A DNA stretch of 29,191 bases from a virus (IMGVR_UViG_3300020248_000007:1-29191); one strand, 5' to 3'; shown: positions 10,344-20,463, counted from the first letter of the stretch. Made by a program: numbers and translations. The notes: generated by a model from the sequence alone, not told the origin.

Positions 10344-10775
10344 TTATGCCCTTTCATCATAACTTTTTATTTTTGTTCCAACCATTTTTAGGTGGACAGA
10401 AGTTACCCTATCACACAAGTCTATATTAAAAACCCCAGAACAGTAAGCAATATACTCAAAACAATACCATTCATCCGGTCTGGATTTATTAAGCCTTGTA
10501 AGATGTTTAATTAAAGCACCATGATCATATTTTGAATTTACTAATGCTTTAGCTTTTTCTTGGTAATTACCTTTTGTAGGTAGCTGCCAATATTCCCAAT
10601 TTGTGTACTGTTTTTTAAACTCAGAAAGTGGAGTAACTACTACCCCACCTTTCGGTCCTGATGCTTCGTAAACATTATCACCTATTACAATACCTCCATG
10701 TGAATGCTCATCCCAAATAACTAAACGTATTGCTCTACTTATCCAATGATTACTTCTAGTTAGAATGATGAGCAT
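10344..10775 (-). CDS. Permuted papain-like NlpC/P60 (YiiX/YaeF-type) cysteine hydrolase
   Basis: 143 aa with His first (HSHGGIV), EAS...GV...PL..F, YD and late catalytic Cys (WYCFEY): the circularly permuted order. Confidence 0.85.
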   Translation of the reverse strand: MLIILTRSNHWISRAIRLVIWDEHSHGGIVIGDNVYEASGPKGGVVVTPLSEFKKQYTNWEYWQLPTKGNYQEKAKALVNSKYDHGALIKHLTRLNKSRPDEWYCFEYIAYCSGVFNIDLCDRVTSVHLKMVGTKIKSYDERA

Positions 10776-10802
10776 GGTAAATCCCTCTATTAGATTGTAT
10801 AG

Positions 10803-11492
10803 CTATCTTGTCATTAATGTTGCCATTTGCTGTACTGACAATACAAATGCTTCTTTTAGGTCTGCAATAGTTACTGTTGACATTACACCAGTAGGATCAC
10901 TATTTAAAGACCAAGATAATGTATCATTATCATCCATACCAGCCACAGACGCTGCTGTAATAGCTCTATTCATACGTTCTTGTGCAATCTCATTAGCATC
11001 ATAACAATTACCTGCTGTAGTCGTTACAGTGGCTGTTTGAATAGCTGTAGCCCGGGAACTTCGAAAAGTATTTAAAGACTCTTCATCCAATACACTTTGA
11101 GGAACCGGTAGTATTGTTACTGGACTGTCAGGGTCTGCATGTAATTCTTGAAGTTTATCCCAAACATTAATTTCAACATCTACCATGTTAGGTACTGTTT
11201 CAAATTGTTCTTGAGATTCGTATACAGGTTCTGTTACTGGATCACCATTGTCATCAAGTACAGGGTTCCCTTCTTCATCCAAAACAGGAGTTTCCCCAAC
11301 TTTAGCATTTTTAAAACCGGTAGATACTTCTGTTGTACCATCTTGGATGGATGTAGTGCAAACTAACCCTTCATATATAACACCAGTGTGTGAACCACTA
11401 TCTGAGATATAACTCCACTCTACAGAGTTGTCACTACAGAGTTGAAATGTATCAACTAACACAAAATCATTCTCATCAATAAATTTTAACAT
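10803..11492 (-). CDS. Tail fibre assembly chaperone, DUF4376-like
   Basis: 229 aa; C-terminal R...I....V....G..YDANE.AQ.RM..AI...W motif; directly follows the tail fibre gene. Confidence 0.7.
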   Translation of the reverse strand: MLKFIDENDFVLVDTFQLCSDNSVEWSYISDSGSHTGVIYEGLVCTTSIQDGTTEVSTGFKNAKVGETPVLDEEGNPVLDDNGDPVTEPVYESQEQFETVPNMVDVEINVWDKLQELHADPDSPVTILPVPQSVLDEESLNTFRSSRATAIQTATVTTTAGNCYDANEIAQERMNRAITAASVAGMDDNDTLSWSLNSDPTGVMSTVTIADLKEAFVLSVQQMATLMTR

Positions 11493-11504
11493 TATGCATA
11501 TACC

Positions 11505-13409
11505 TTAAAAATTAAACGTAACAGAATCGCCAGATGCCGTTGCTACTAGTACGATGGGTTCACCCTGTACAACACCTGTCAAACCACTAGATACGCGGCA
11601 TACGCCTAGTTTGTTTGTACTTAGATTATTTAAACCTAACGTTGTAATTCCTGTGGCCCGATCTGCATCTGCTGCTCCTTTCAGTTTAAATGTTCCAGTG
11701 ACAGACAAAGAAGTAGGAGCAGTTTTAGAATTAAGAGGGAAGAATAACTGGACTATACCTGACGTTACAGCGTAGCCGTATGCTATTATGTCATTTGCAG
11801 ATTCTGCTGAAAAACTATTAAAATTAGTGTTGCCAGAATCGTATACTAGACGCCAACCACCCCAAGTAGTATTTTCTAATGTGTTTGTGTATTCACCGTA
11901 GCTTCCCGCTATTTTACCGACACCCCACGCTTTAACAGTTCGGTATGCAGCGTTGTTTGTAGAATTAACTAATACAACCCAGTTAGGAGTCTGTGCTGAA
12001 GGTGCGTTAGTTGCAGAAGGTATATAATAAAGTCCGTTTTCTGCAATCGACAATAGACTTGTTCCAGATGGAAGAGTTTTTACACCACCAATACCGTAAT
12101 CTAATGGGTTTGCACTGTTATGGTCAGTATAGAATTCTATAATGTCAGACCATTGGAAATCACCAACCATCATCCTAGCAAATGCTCTTGGTTCTCCTCC
12201 ACCATAAGCCATATGAAACTGTGCTTGACGGTTTAAATTTGCCCGTAGGTTAATGAATGTAGTAAAAATACCATTATCTAACTGCCCCCTTCCAGCGCTA
12301 GTGGGAAGCATTGTAGTGTCCGCTTGAGTAGCTGTAATAACAGGAGCATTAGCGTCAGCGGGTATACAAAAACCAAAATCCAACGGGTTAGCGGAGTTTG
12401 TAGAGTCAAATAACTTTCTGTAAGGTTTCCAGCTACCATTGTAAGCTCTTACAAATGTCTCACCTGTTTTAGCATCACTAAGAATCATTGTCATTCTAGT
12501 GGAAGCTTCAATATTAAAGATAATGGTTACGTTAGCATTTGCTGTGTATTCTGAAGGAAAACCTAATGCTTCAGTTGGGGTAACCGCGTATATTTTATAA
12601 ACGCCCGGTCTTACTCCAGTGGTGTTGTTTAAATCTGTACCATTAGGCCAAGCAGCTCCAAATTCCGCTCCTATACCATGGTCTATATAACCAAAAGCAT
12701 TTCCTAATAATGTAAATGTTGTCGCATCTGAACGTCTAATCAAATATAAGTCTTGTTCATTAGCAATAGGCATAACAAGAAGATTTGCGTTAGAGTTTCC
12801 TAGAGACACTACGTTGTAATAATAGTTAGTAGGCAGCCCACTTGGGGCATTTACCGCACCTGTCTGAATACGCAACATACCGTTAAAAGGATAGGGGATT
12901 GCGTTCCAGTCAGTAAATGCAGGTAAGGCATCCTCCCCAACACCATACCCACTTACGTAACTTTGAGCAAGAGCGTTAAACTGACCTTTAGCAACTAAAT
13001 CATCATTGTCTTCTGCATTAGCACCTTTAACTCTACCGTCATTTAAACGCTGTACTAAAGAATCTCCTGTTACGATATTAGATACGTTTTGAGCTAACGC
13101 AGAGTATGTATCATGAAGTGTATTTAGTTTTTTAGCTACAGCAGCAATACTTGTACCACTAGGTACAATAGTAGCACTAAAATTACCACTACCCCCGGGC
13201 CATGGTTTAGTCAATTTAATCACAGTAACAGGAGAAGCATCAGCAGTTATGTAGGCTGAAGCTACTTCTACAGGTTCACCATAATTAGAACTAAATAAGA
13301 CATCATTAGGTTCAATACTTTGGATATCATCACCAGTATTTACTACAACAATATCGTTATTATTTTGGAATGTTAATGATGCTCCAATCCACAATGTTTC
13401 AGTTGTCAT
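11505..13409 (-). CDS. Tail fibre / receptor-binding protein
   Basis: 634 aa G/N/T-rich. N-terminal adapter and short coiled coil, then repeated knob-like modules joined by W...(F/Y)D..NSANPLD(F/Y)G linkers; followed by a chaperone. Confidence 0.85.
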   Translation of the reverse strand: MTTETLWIGASLTFQNNNDIVVVNTGDDIQSIEPNDVLFSSNYGEPVEVASAYITADASPVTVIKLTKPWPGGSGNFSATIVPSGTSIAAVAKKLNTLHDTYSALAQNVSNIVTGDSLVQRLNDGRVKGANAEDNDDLVAKGQFNALAQSYVSGYGVGEDALPAFTDWNAIPYPFNGMLRIQTGAVNAPSGLPTNYYYNVVSLGNSNANLLVMPIANEQDLYLIRRSDATTFTLLGNAFGYIDHGIGAEFGAAWPNGTDLNNTTGVRPGVYKIYAVTPTEALGFPSEYTANANVTIIFNIEASTRMTMILSDAKTGETFVRAYNGSWKPYRKLFDSTNSANPLDFGFCIPADANAPVITATQADTTMLPTSAGRGQLDNGIFTTFINLRANLNRQAQFHMAYGGGEPRAFARMMVGDFQWSDIIEFYTDHNSANPLDYGIGGVKTLPSGTSLLSIAENGLYYIPSATNAPSAQTPNWVVLVNSTNNAAYRTVKAWGVGKIAGSYGEYTNTLENTTWGGWRLVYDSGNTNFNSFSAESANDIIAYGYAVTSGIVQLFFPLNSKTAPTSLSVTGTFKLKGAADADRATGITTLGLNNLSTNKLGVCRVSSGLTGVVQGEPIVLVATASGDSVTFNF

Positions 13410-13421
13410 GATCGTCAGCCT

Positions 13422-16400
13422 TTAATTTAATTTGTTTTCATATGTTTTAAATATCGTTTCTTTTTCTTGAATATCTACATTAACAGAATTTGTTGTAATA
13501 AATGTAATAGTATATTCGTTATCTCCCGATGTACTGCCGGTATCAATATAGGTGAATATTTGTGTTTTTACTCTATTTACATATTTACCCAATTGAGATA
13601 CATAACTTGTAGTATACTCTGGAACCCAAGTTTTTATTATAGTTCCGTCTCTACGCAGAACTACTTGTGTTTCCCCTTCCCCAAGATCATCATACCAAGT
13701 TGACTGTACTGTTACGTTAATCTCAACTGGGTTAGAAACTGAGTTATGCGTAATCGCAGAAACTTGTTGTAAAACTGTATCAGTACTTTGTACTAACTTA
13801 GACTCAAAAATTTGGCCTTGGAAGAATGTTCCTTTAATAAATCCGGTACCGTCTTTCTTAATAAAGAATACAGCATTACTATCGGTTTTACTTCCTGACC
13901 CTACCCAAATTAGATAAGTACCATCGTCATGAATATCTACACGAATATTACTTGTATTAGATGATGTTAAAAATCTACCACCTTGTACCGTACCTAAGAA
14001 AGTAGCCGTATTACCTAAAATGGTATCAACGTCAATTAGGTTTGTTTTAAAGTACCCACCAGAAAATATAGTAGTACCTAATAGTGCTGTTTCTATTTTA
14101 TCTTGATACGCAGCTGCACCTAATGAGTTACTTAGGTTTGTTAGGTTATTACTATTAGCGGTAATATTACTAATAAGATTTGAAACAGTAGTACCATTTA
14201 AAGTAGCAGTACTAGCCAAATTACCTTTAAATACCGCATTAGTGCCTAGAATAGTGTCTACATCAAGTAACGTAGTTAATATTTTTCCGTTACTAATTAC
14301 AGTACTATTTAAGTCTGCAACTGCAATTTTATCTTTAAATGCAACTGATCCAAGACTAGATGATGTACTTTCTAAGGAACCAAGTCTAGAGGATATTGGG
14401 GTGCTGCTCCCAGCTACCGTGGCCCCTACCTGCAAAATTGCATCAATAGTTATTTTATTCTGTGTTGCATTCCACCCAAGTGCAACATTGTTGTTAGTAT
14501 TTAACCATTCTAATTCATCAGCTTTAAATGTAATTTTGCTGTTTGTTGTTTCACCATCTATTCGAACAAATGCAGCTCTACCATTAACATCAACACCAAG
14601 TTGTGCAATAGACCTTATTGTTGCAAGCTCGTTGTCTAGTTTTGTAGCTAAAACTAAATTCGATTGTCCTACACCTTCTGCTGTATCTATTCTCGATGAT
14701 AGTGATGATATCGCTTGTGTATTATTATTCGCAGTTTGTTCAACTGTTTGTAGTAATGTTGTGGTTGCATTTAACCCTGTAGTAGGATCATTAATTACGT
14801 TTTCAATTAATGTAATTGAATCACTATTTTCATCAGCTGCTGTCTTTGCGCTTTGGGATATTGAAGCGACAGCAGCCAATCCAGTAACAGAATCATTAAC
14901 TTTATTTTCAAGAACTGTAATACTTTCAACTGCAGTATCAGAAGTTGTTTTTGCGCTTTGTGCTAATGTCGCTACAGCGTTTAATCCAGTACTAGGGTCA
15001 TTTACTTGGTTTTGCAGCAGCACTAATGCCTGATACGTACCGTCAGCACTAGACTTAGCTTGTCCTGCTAGTTGATACGTAGCACTCAGCCCTGTGGTAC
15101 TGTGGTTTACTTCACCACTTAATGACGATAAACTACTACTAACTCCCTCTGCATATTGCTGTACTCCATTAGCAAAACTAGCCACAGCATCAAGTCCAGT
15201 GCTAGGATCATTTATTTTATTTGTAATGCTTGTGACACTTGTAGTCAGACCTTCAATATTCTGCTGTGCTTCTAACACTAATTGGTATGTTGCAGCTAAA
15301 CCTGTATTACTATCTTCAATTTGGCCTGTAATATCTGAAACAGATGTTACTAGTCCATCAGCGGTTTGTTTTGCTACTTGAGCTAACCCATACGCAGCAC
15401 TTAATCCTGTGGTAGGATTTTCAATAGTAGAAGTGATACTTGCAACAGATTGAAGTAAGCCAGATGTATCAGTTTCAACTGCAACAATACGTTCAACTGC
15501 AGCGTTTACACCAGTATTTAAATTTTCGATACTTAACTCAAGCTGTTCTGCAGCAAATTGGTTTCCTTGGATATCTTGTTCCAATACTAAGACTTGTCTG
15601 GCTATTCCAGTAATATACGTGTTACTAGATGCAATTAATGATCGTAATTCAGTGATATCTTGTGCTAATACTGAAGTATCATTAATTTGTACATTTAACT
15701 CACTTATAGCCAAACCAAAACGTAAATTATCTTCTAATCTAGTTAGGTCTTGATATTTACCATCAATTAAATTATCTAATAGTTCAAGTTGAGTTTCGTA
15801 ATCACTTCTTTTGTTAGATTTTAGTTGTGCTATCTGATTTAGTATTCGCCCATCTTGACTTGATAGCTCCTGCTGTACATCACTAATTGATTGTTCATTT
15901 GATGCTATAGAATCTGTGAAACTTTGGGTAAGTTGTTGGATTGTGCCAGTTTGTCCATTAATAAACGTTGCAGCACTGTTAGCTTTTGTTACTGTGTTAT
16001 TAGCGTCTAACTCTTGATAAGCTGCTTTAACCAGTGCATAACTTTCGATACCATCAAGTACAGACTCAACATTAGAGTATGTTATTGTGTTTGCATTGTA
16101 GTACGTAGATGTTACTCGTTGTGCTATTTCTCCATTAATAGCATCAATACTCTGTTCTGCAATTGTTACTCGTGCAGTTAAATCTTCAATTTGTTGTACT
16201 GAAGCATCTGATTTACCAATTGTAATTGCAGTAATAGTAAAGTGGTCTGAAGTGCTTGAACCTAAGATAATCCGAAGACTTGTTATCGTTCCGGTGTATT
16301 CTTCTATTCCCGCTAAGTTTAATAAGATCAGTGTTTTACTCGATACAGGTTCTTCAATAAAACCAGTAAGAGTATGTGTGGTACCGTCAGCTATAAACTC

Positions 16401-18713
16401 TAAATCACCCGTCCAACCTGAACCTGCAGTCCTTTCATAATCAATACGAATTGAAGGGTTGTCGTCAGCATCATATGAAATACTGTCATTTCTGATATCA
16501 CCCCAAGTAAGTAATACTTTACTTAACCCAGCTGTAATTGTTCCATTTACTGCGTACCAATTTTGTGTTGAGTCAAAAAAGTTAAAACTATACGCAGGTT
16601 GCAATGCAGTGACAGCATCACTGGTAATAGCTGTTGCTATTTGAGTGATAACCCCGGGTAACAGGTCTATCTCTGCCCTTAAATCGGTAATACTGTTACT
16701 ATCTTCAGTTTGACGTTCAGCAAGAATATTAACGTTACCTTGAACACCATCAATAAGTAACTGTGCTTGAGTAAACGACTCTTCTGTATATGCAAATGCA
16801 CGATTAACAATAATACCGTTTTCGGGATCTTCCCAAACAAGAGTATCAATCAGTCTCTCGTTATTCATGAGCCTACGTCGATACTCTTCTTGCCACGCTA
16901 CATTTCGTGAAAACGCATCCAATAACGCAATATCTGATTCTTTTCTGTCAAATATAACTTGCTTAATCGCACTGTTTGCTTGGACTGTGTATTTATCTAG
17001 CCTTTCTGAAACTTCAGAAACAATACTAGAAGTATCTGTAATAACATCTAACAGACTTTCTAAATCATCTTGGAATGCTGCAATACTTTGATGTACACCA
17101 TCAATCCGTTCTTTTTGGGTATTTATAGCGTCATCAATCCCTTGCAACACTTGGTCTAGGATTGTTTTAAGCTTTGTATCATCATTTGTTGTCTGTACAT
17201 CAAAATACTTAAATGTACTAGAACCTAATATACAGTTTATCGCTGCCCACACTCTATACCCAGTATTAGGGTTTAAGTCTGTGAAGGTATGACTTTTACT
17301 TTCAATATACTCTGTAGGAGGTGTAGCTACATTTTGACTCGTTATAACTAAACTTAAATTAAACCTACGTTGTACTGGGTTTGGATATACAGTAACTGAC
17401 TCATTTGATACAACAATACTTAATGTGCTTATCTCAGGAATTGCAACAGTAAACGTTGATGTGTCCCATGGAGAAAATCCGAACTCATCAATACTTCTTA
17501 CGTATGCAGTGTAATTACCTAACCCAATATCTGAAATTAATAGATGTTTTCCTCTATGTACTGCGTCATACACAGATTCACCGATATCGTTTACAAGTCG
17601 TATCTGGTATGTGGTAGTTGAACCAGTCCATTTAAGTTGCAGGATATGCTCTGCAGTCGGGAACAATACAATAGGTAGTAAATTAGGTGGTGTTACTACT
17701 TCCCCAATTTGTGTGCATACTTCAGGAAAAGAGTACCCTTGTAATGTCCAAACCCCGGGAGTAGTTTCTGTATATATAGCTTCAGACCTCCATGTATTTG
17801 CGTCTGAAACGAATGTAGGGCTGTTTTCCCATCCTGCTGGTGCAGTTACGATACTGCCGTTAAAAGAACCTCCTGATGGGGTTTCTGGTGTGTCATTTGC
17901 GTTCTGATAAACAGCAACATGCAAATCCCCAGTAGCACCCGAGTAAAAATCAATATACTTTAAGAAAGATATGACATCACTGTTTGATGTAAAGGAACAT
18001 ACCTTACCTGCTCCATTGTTAACAGTAAGAATATTATCCACTATATCAATAGTAGGAATGCTGCCTTTATTCGTGTCATATATAGTGATGTCTGAGTAAG
18101 TACTTACAATCTGGTAAGTGTTATCTCCATTATTTATGATTCTAGCTTCTGTCTCTAATGACAGTGAACCAGAACCACCACCTAAATGTACCCAAACATA
18201 ATCAACAGGATTTAGTGAAGGAGTAGGAGACGTTTTACCGCTTGCAAATCCAATAAAACTTTTACCGTCTGGGTTCGAGGATAAATTAGTACCTTGTGCG
18301 TCATCAGCAAACACAAAAGGCCAAGAGTATATTGCAGTACCTACAACTTGATTAAACATTCCCTTAAATGTTGGTACTGCTGCAGGATTACCTTCGTGGT
18401 CTGTTACGTTGTAAGTTAAATCAGTGCTGTTAGTCCAAGATATAAACTCAGCTATATGTCTGTACACTGCAACTGCAATTGGTGTTGCTTGTGCTTGAAA
18501 ATCAGCGACAGTTAAGTAGTAACCAGCAGGAACACCTACCGGGTTTATTTCGATATTGTGTGTAGGAGTTTCTTCAACACTTACTTGAGTCTCAGGTAGT
18601 TTAACTACAAAGACATTTGAAGTATTTTCAGCAACATTAACAGTATTTTCTGTAACAACAGGATTAACGATTACAGTATTATTTTCTGTGTTTACTACTA
18701 CATTTTCAGTCAT
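13422..18713 (-). CDS. Very large tail fibre / host-specificity protein (Fn3-like domains, long coiled coil)
   Basis: 1763 aa. Fn3-like segments (LKWTG...YQIR...YTAYVRSID; FTDLNPNTGYRVW), extended heptads, 35-aa repeats and a beta-rich C-terminus. Confidence 0.8.
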   Translation of the reverse strand: MTENVVVNTENNTVIVNPVVTENTVNVAENTSNVFVVKLPETQVSVEETPTHNIEINPVGVPAGYYLTVADFQAQATPIAVAVYRHIAEFISWTNSTDLTYNVTDHEGNPAAVPTFKGMFNQVVGTAIYSWPFVFADDAQGTNLSSNPDGKSFIGFASGKTSPTPSLNPVDYVWVHLGGGSGSLSLETEARIINNGDNTYQIVSTYSDITIYDTNKGSIPTIDIVDNILTVNNGAGKVCSFTSNSDVISFLKYIDFYSGATGDLHVAVYQNANDTPETPSGGSFNGSIVTAPAGWENSPTFVSDANTWRSEAIYTETTPGVWTLQGYSFPEVCTQIGEVVTPPNLLPIVLFPTAEHILQLKWTGSTTTYQIRLVNDIGESVYDAVHRGKHLLISDIGLGNYTAYVRSIDEFGFSPWDTSTFTVAIPEISTLSIVVSNESVTVYPNPVQRRFNLSLVITSQNVATPPTEYIESKSHTFTDLNPNTGYRVWAAINCILGSSTFKYFDVQTTNDDTKLKTILDQVLQGIDDAINTQKERIDGVHQSIAAFQDDLESLLDVITDTSSIVSEVSERLDKYTVQANSAIKQVIFDRKESDIALLDAFSRNVAWQEEYRRRLMNNERLIDTLVWEDPENGIIVNRAFAYTEESFTQAQLLIDGVQGNVNILAERQTEDSNSITDLRAEIDLLPGVITQIATAITSDAVTALQPAYSFNFFDSTQNWYAVNGTITAGLSKVLLTWGDIRNDSISYDADDNPSIRIDYERTAGSGWTGDLEFIADGTTHTLTGFIEEPVSSKTLILLNLAGIEEYTGTITSLRIILGSSTSDHFTITAITIGKSDASVQQIEDLTARVTIAEQSIDAINGEIAQRVTSTYYNANTITYSNVESVLDGIESYALVKAAYQELDANNTVTKANSAATFINGQTGTIQQLTQSFTDSIASNEQSISDVQQELSSQDGRILNQIAQLKSNKRSDYETQLELLDNLIDGKYQDLTRLEDNLRFGLAISELNVQINDTSVLAQDITELRSLIASSNTYITGIARQVLVLEQDIQGNQFAAEQLELSIENLNTGVNAAVERIVAVETDTSGLLQSVASITSTIENPTTGLSAAYGLAQVAKQTADGLVTSVSDITGQIEDSNTGLAATYQLVLEAQQNIEGLTTSVTSITNKINDPSTGLDAVASFANGVQQYAEGVSSSLSSLSGEVNHSTTGLSATYQLAGQAKSSADGTYQALVLLQNQVNDPSTGLNAVATLAQSAKTTSDTAVESITVLENKVNDSVTGLAAVASISQSAKTAADENSDSITLIENVINDPTTGLNATTTLLQTVEQTANNNTQAISSLSSRIDTAEGVGQSNLVLATKLDNELATIRSIAQLGVDVNGRAAFVRIDGETTNSKITFKADELEWLNTNNNVALGWNATQNKITIDAILQVGATVAGSSTPISSRLGSLESTSSSLGSVAFKDKIAVADLNSTVISNGKILTTLLDVDTILGTNAVFKGNLASTATLNGTTVSNLISNITANSNNLTNLSNSLGAAAYQDKIETALLGTTIFSGGYFKTNLIDVDTILGNTATFLGTVQGGRFLTSSNTSNIRVDIHDDGTYLIWVGSGSKTDSNAVFFIKKDGTGFIKGTFFQGQIFESKLVQSTDTVLQQVSAITHNSVSNPVEINVTVQSTWYDDLGEGETQVVLRRDGTIIKTWVPEYTTSYVSQLGKYVNRVKTQIFTYIDTGSTSGDNEYTITFITTNSVNVDIQEKETIFKTYENKLN
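14688..15527 (-). repeat. Eight tandem 105-bp (35-aa) degenerate coding repeats
   Basis: Units start ENLNTGV, ENPTTGL, EDSNTGL, NDPSTGL, NHSTTGL, NDPSTGL, NDSVTGL, NDPTTGL at 35-aa spacing. Confidence 0.85.
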
Positions 18714-19075
18714 TACACACTCACTTCTGGTGAGATATTAACGATACCGTTTAAAAGTCTGTGCTGATTCCCAGAAGTATCAGTGATTTTAATGTCATAC
18801 ACTGCTTCAACATAATCGTCGTGTTTGCTTGATTTAAGCATTTTTCCTGTAGTTTCTGAAGCAGGAATGGAGATAAAGAAAATACCTGCAGGACCGTTTT
18901 CAACAACTACGTTCATAGTTGCCCAAACACTTGAATCACTAAGTTTTAGTTTAATAGTGCCTACTGCAGTGTAACCAGTAATATCAATCGGAGTACCCAC
19001 ACCATCGGTATAGGTAATTCGAAATATATGATCAGCGCCTTGCTCTAATTCAAAATTATAAACACCAGCAGCCAT
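18713..19075 (-). CDS. Ig-like virion protein, probable fibre-attachment collar (BppU-N / T5 p132-like)
   Basis: 120 aa with QGAD......D..G.PIDITGY......K and YDI...D..G...RLL.G.V.ISPEV pattern; TAATG-coupled to the large fibre gene. Confidence 0.65.
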   Translation of the reverse strand: MAAGVYNFELEQGADHIFRITYTDGVGTPIDITGYTAVGTIKLKLSDSSVWATMNVVVENGPAGIFFISIPASETTGKMLKSSKHDDYVEAVYDIKITDTSGNQHRLLNGIVNISPEVSV

Positions 19076-19404
19076 TATTTACTTTCCCCATTTCTATGGT
19101 TAATTGTTTCTCTCATAGATTGGTAAGCTTTGATAGCTGTAGCTAGTGCAACGCCTAAAAATCCTACTATTGGTACATCCCACCCGTTTGGAAACAAAGT
19201 ATTTGTAGCTACATGTGCTTCAAGTACTTTTTCCATAAAACCAGTGTACCAATACCAAACATCATAAACAAAATTTGATGTGAATAAAATAGCAGCCCAA
19301 AGTGCTATTCTAAAATCAATTAAAGTTTGTACTATAGTTTGTTCAAAAATAAAGCCAAACATATTGTTGGCTGTACTTTTAATTTTAGAAGTAGTATTGC
19401 TCAT
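19075..19404 (-). CDS. Putative holin (two TM segments)
   Basis: 109 aa with hydrophobic segments IALWAAILFTSNFVYDVWYWY and VPIVGFLGVALATAI and a charged C-tail; adjacent to the spanins. Confidence 0.55.
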   Translation of the reverse strand: MSNTTSKIKSTANNMFGFIFEQTIVQTLIDFRIALWAAILFTSNFVYDVWYWYTGFMEKVLEAHVATNTLFPNGWDVPIVGFLGVALATAIKAYQSMRETINHRNGESK

Positions 19405-19717
19405 TTTGCGATATCTCTCTTAAAACTGCTGCTGAGTCTCTTTGAAGGATATAGCATTTTGCAATATATTCAGTGTTTTTTAGGAAGTTAATTTCAAAAT
19501 TCTTTTTGTTATCTTGTAAAGACAAGGACGGGTCATACACGTATTCAGAAGGAACAATACACTCATTTAGCAGTTCTAGTGGGATTTCAATTTTAGGTGT
19601 AGTTACTTCAGGGGCTACTACCGATGATCTGATATCCTGTGTTGAGCAATTCATTAAAGCCAGTGACAACATCAGTACACTCAGCAGGTATATACACTTT
19701 TTCAGTTTTATATACAT
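19385..19717 (-). CDS. o-spanin (Rz1-like outer-membrane lipoprotein)
   Basis: Basic N-terminus, hydrophobic core and lipobox-like LALMN-C, Pro-rich segment (IPLELLNECIVP), two further Cys. Overlaps the 3' end of the i-spanin in another frame. Start 19717 or 19723. Confidence 0.8.
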   Translation of the reverse strand: MYIKLKKCIYLLSVLMLSLALMNCSTQDIRSSVVAPEVTTPKIEIPLELLNECIVPSEYVYDPSLSLQDNKKNFEINFLKNTEYIAKCYILQRDSAAVLREISQNEQYYF

Positions 19718-20018
19718 ATTCAATTTCCTTCTGTACTCGTGTAGATACTGCTTGTGATTCTACAGCGTTTTTAATAGCTATTTCATGTAACTTACGCTGC
19801 TGCTCCAGTGCAATCAAGTGTTTTTGTTCACTTTCTTTTAATGCTTTTACTAGTTCTGCATTATATGCTTTTTCATACTTTTCAGCTGCTGCAGTATAAC
19901 CTTCAGTATATTTTAAATTTAGCACATAGGTGATACTAAAATATCCAACTAAAATAATAGCTATAGTGGTAAGTATTTTAGGGTTTTTGATGAATCCAAG
20001 TATATTAAGCCACATCAT
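19608..20018 (-). CDS. i-spanin (Rz-like)
   Basis: Probable start MMWLNILG (20018, GGTGG SD). N-terminal TM, Ala/Glu/Lys coiled coil and C-terminal EKVYIPAEC; follows the endolysin. Confidence 0.8.
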   Translation of the reverse strand: MMWLNILGFIKNPKILTTIAIILVGYFSITYVLNLKYTEGYTAAAEKYEKAYNAELVKALKESEQKHLIALEQQRKLHEIAIKNAVESQAVSTRVQKEIEYVYKTEKVYIPAECTDVVTGFNELLNTGYQIIGSSP

Positions 20019-20463
20019 GTAATGCCCACCATCCAAAGTCAGAAATGTATTTTTCTGGGGATGCTGCCCCCATATCACTATTCCAGTACCTTTTTATATA
20101 CACTGCCATTTCATATAGAGAAGAAGGAAATGGGTTTACATCCATAATAAACCTGCAGCGCATCATAAATATATTGTAGTCCAGATCAGACTTAAGCGAT
20201 TGTAGGTTTTGGGTTATGTTAAGACGTTTAGCGTACTTGTGGATATTGTCGCAGTTTTGCCACACATCATCATGAACCCAATCCTCCATTTGAATAATTC
20301 CCAGTGCAGGACCACCTCCCTGTTGTTCCCAGTAAGTTCCACCTTTAGACTCATGAGCTACTACTACACACGCTGCTAATGGGAAATTCTTATTTTTAGC
20401 TCCCATAGCTGTAGCTACTTCATTAGCTCTACGTGCAAATTTCTGCATCTTCATCGGTTGCAT
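20005..20463 (-). CDS. Endolysin, lysozyme-like / lytic transglycosylase fold
   Basis: 152 aa with AHES (candidate catalytic E38), GGGPALGIIQME and Y.KRYWNS..G motifs; AAGGT SD; upstream of the spanins. Confidence 0.8.
   Translation of the reverse strand: MQPMKMQKFARRANEVATAMGAKNKNFPLAACVVVAHESKGGTYWEQQGGGPALGIIQMEDWVHDDVWQNCDNIHKYAKRLNITQNLQSLKSDLDYNIFMMRCRFIMDVNPFPSSLYEMAVYIKRYWNSDMGAASPEKYISDFGWWALHDVA

Noticed and set aside
14242-15381. 263-aa and 95-aa + strand ORFs
   Set aside because: Antisense shadows of the repetitive Ser/Thr/Ala-rich coiled-coil region of the giant fibre; no SD or recognisable motif.
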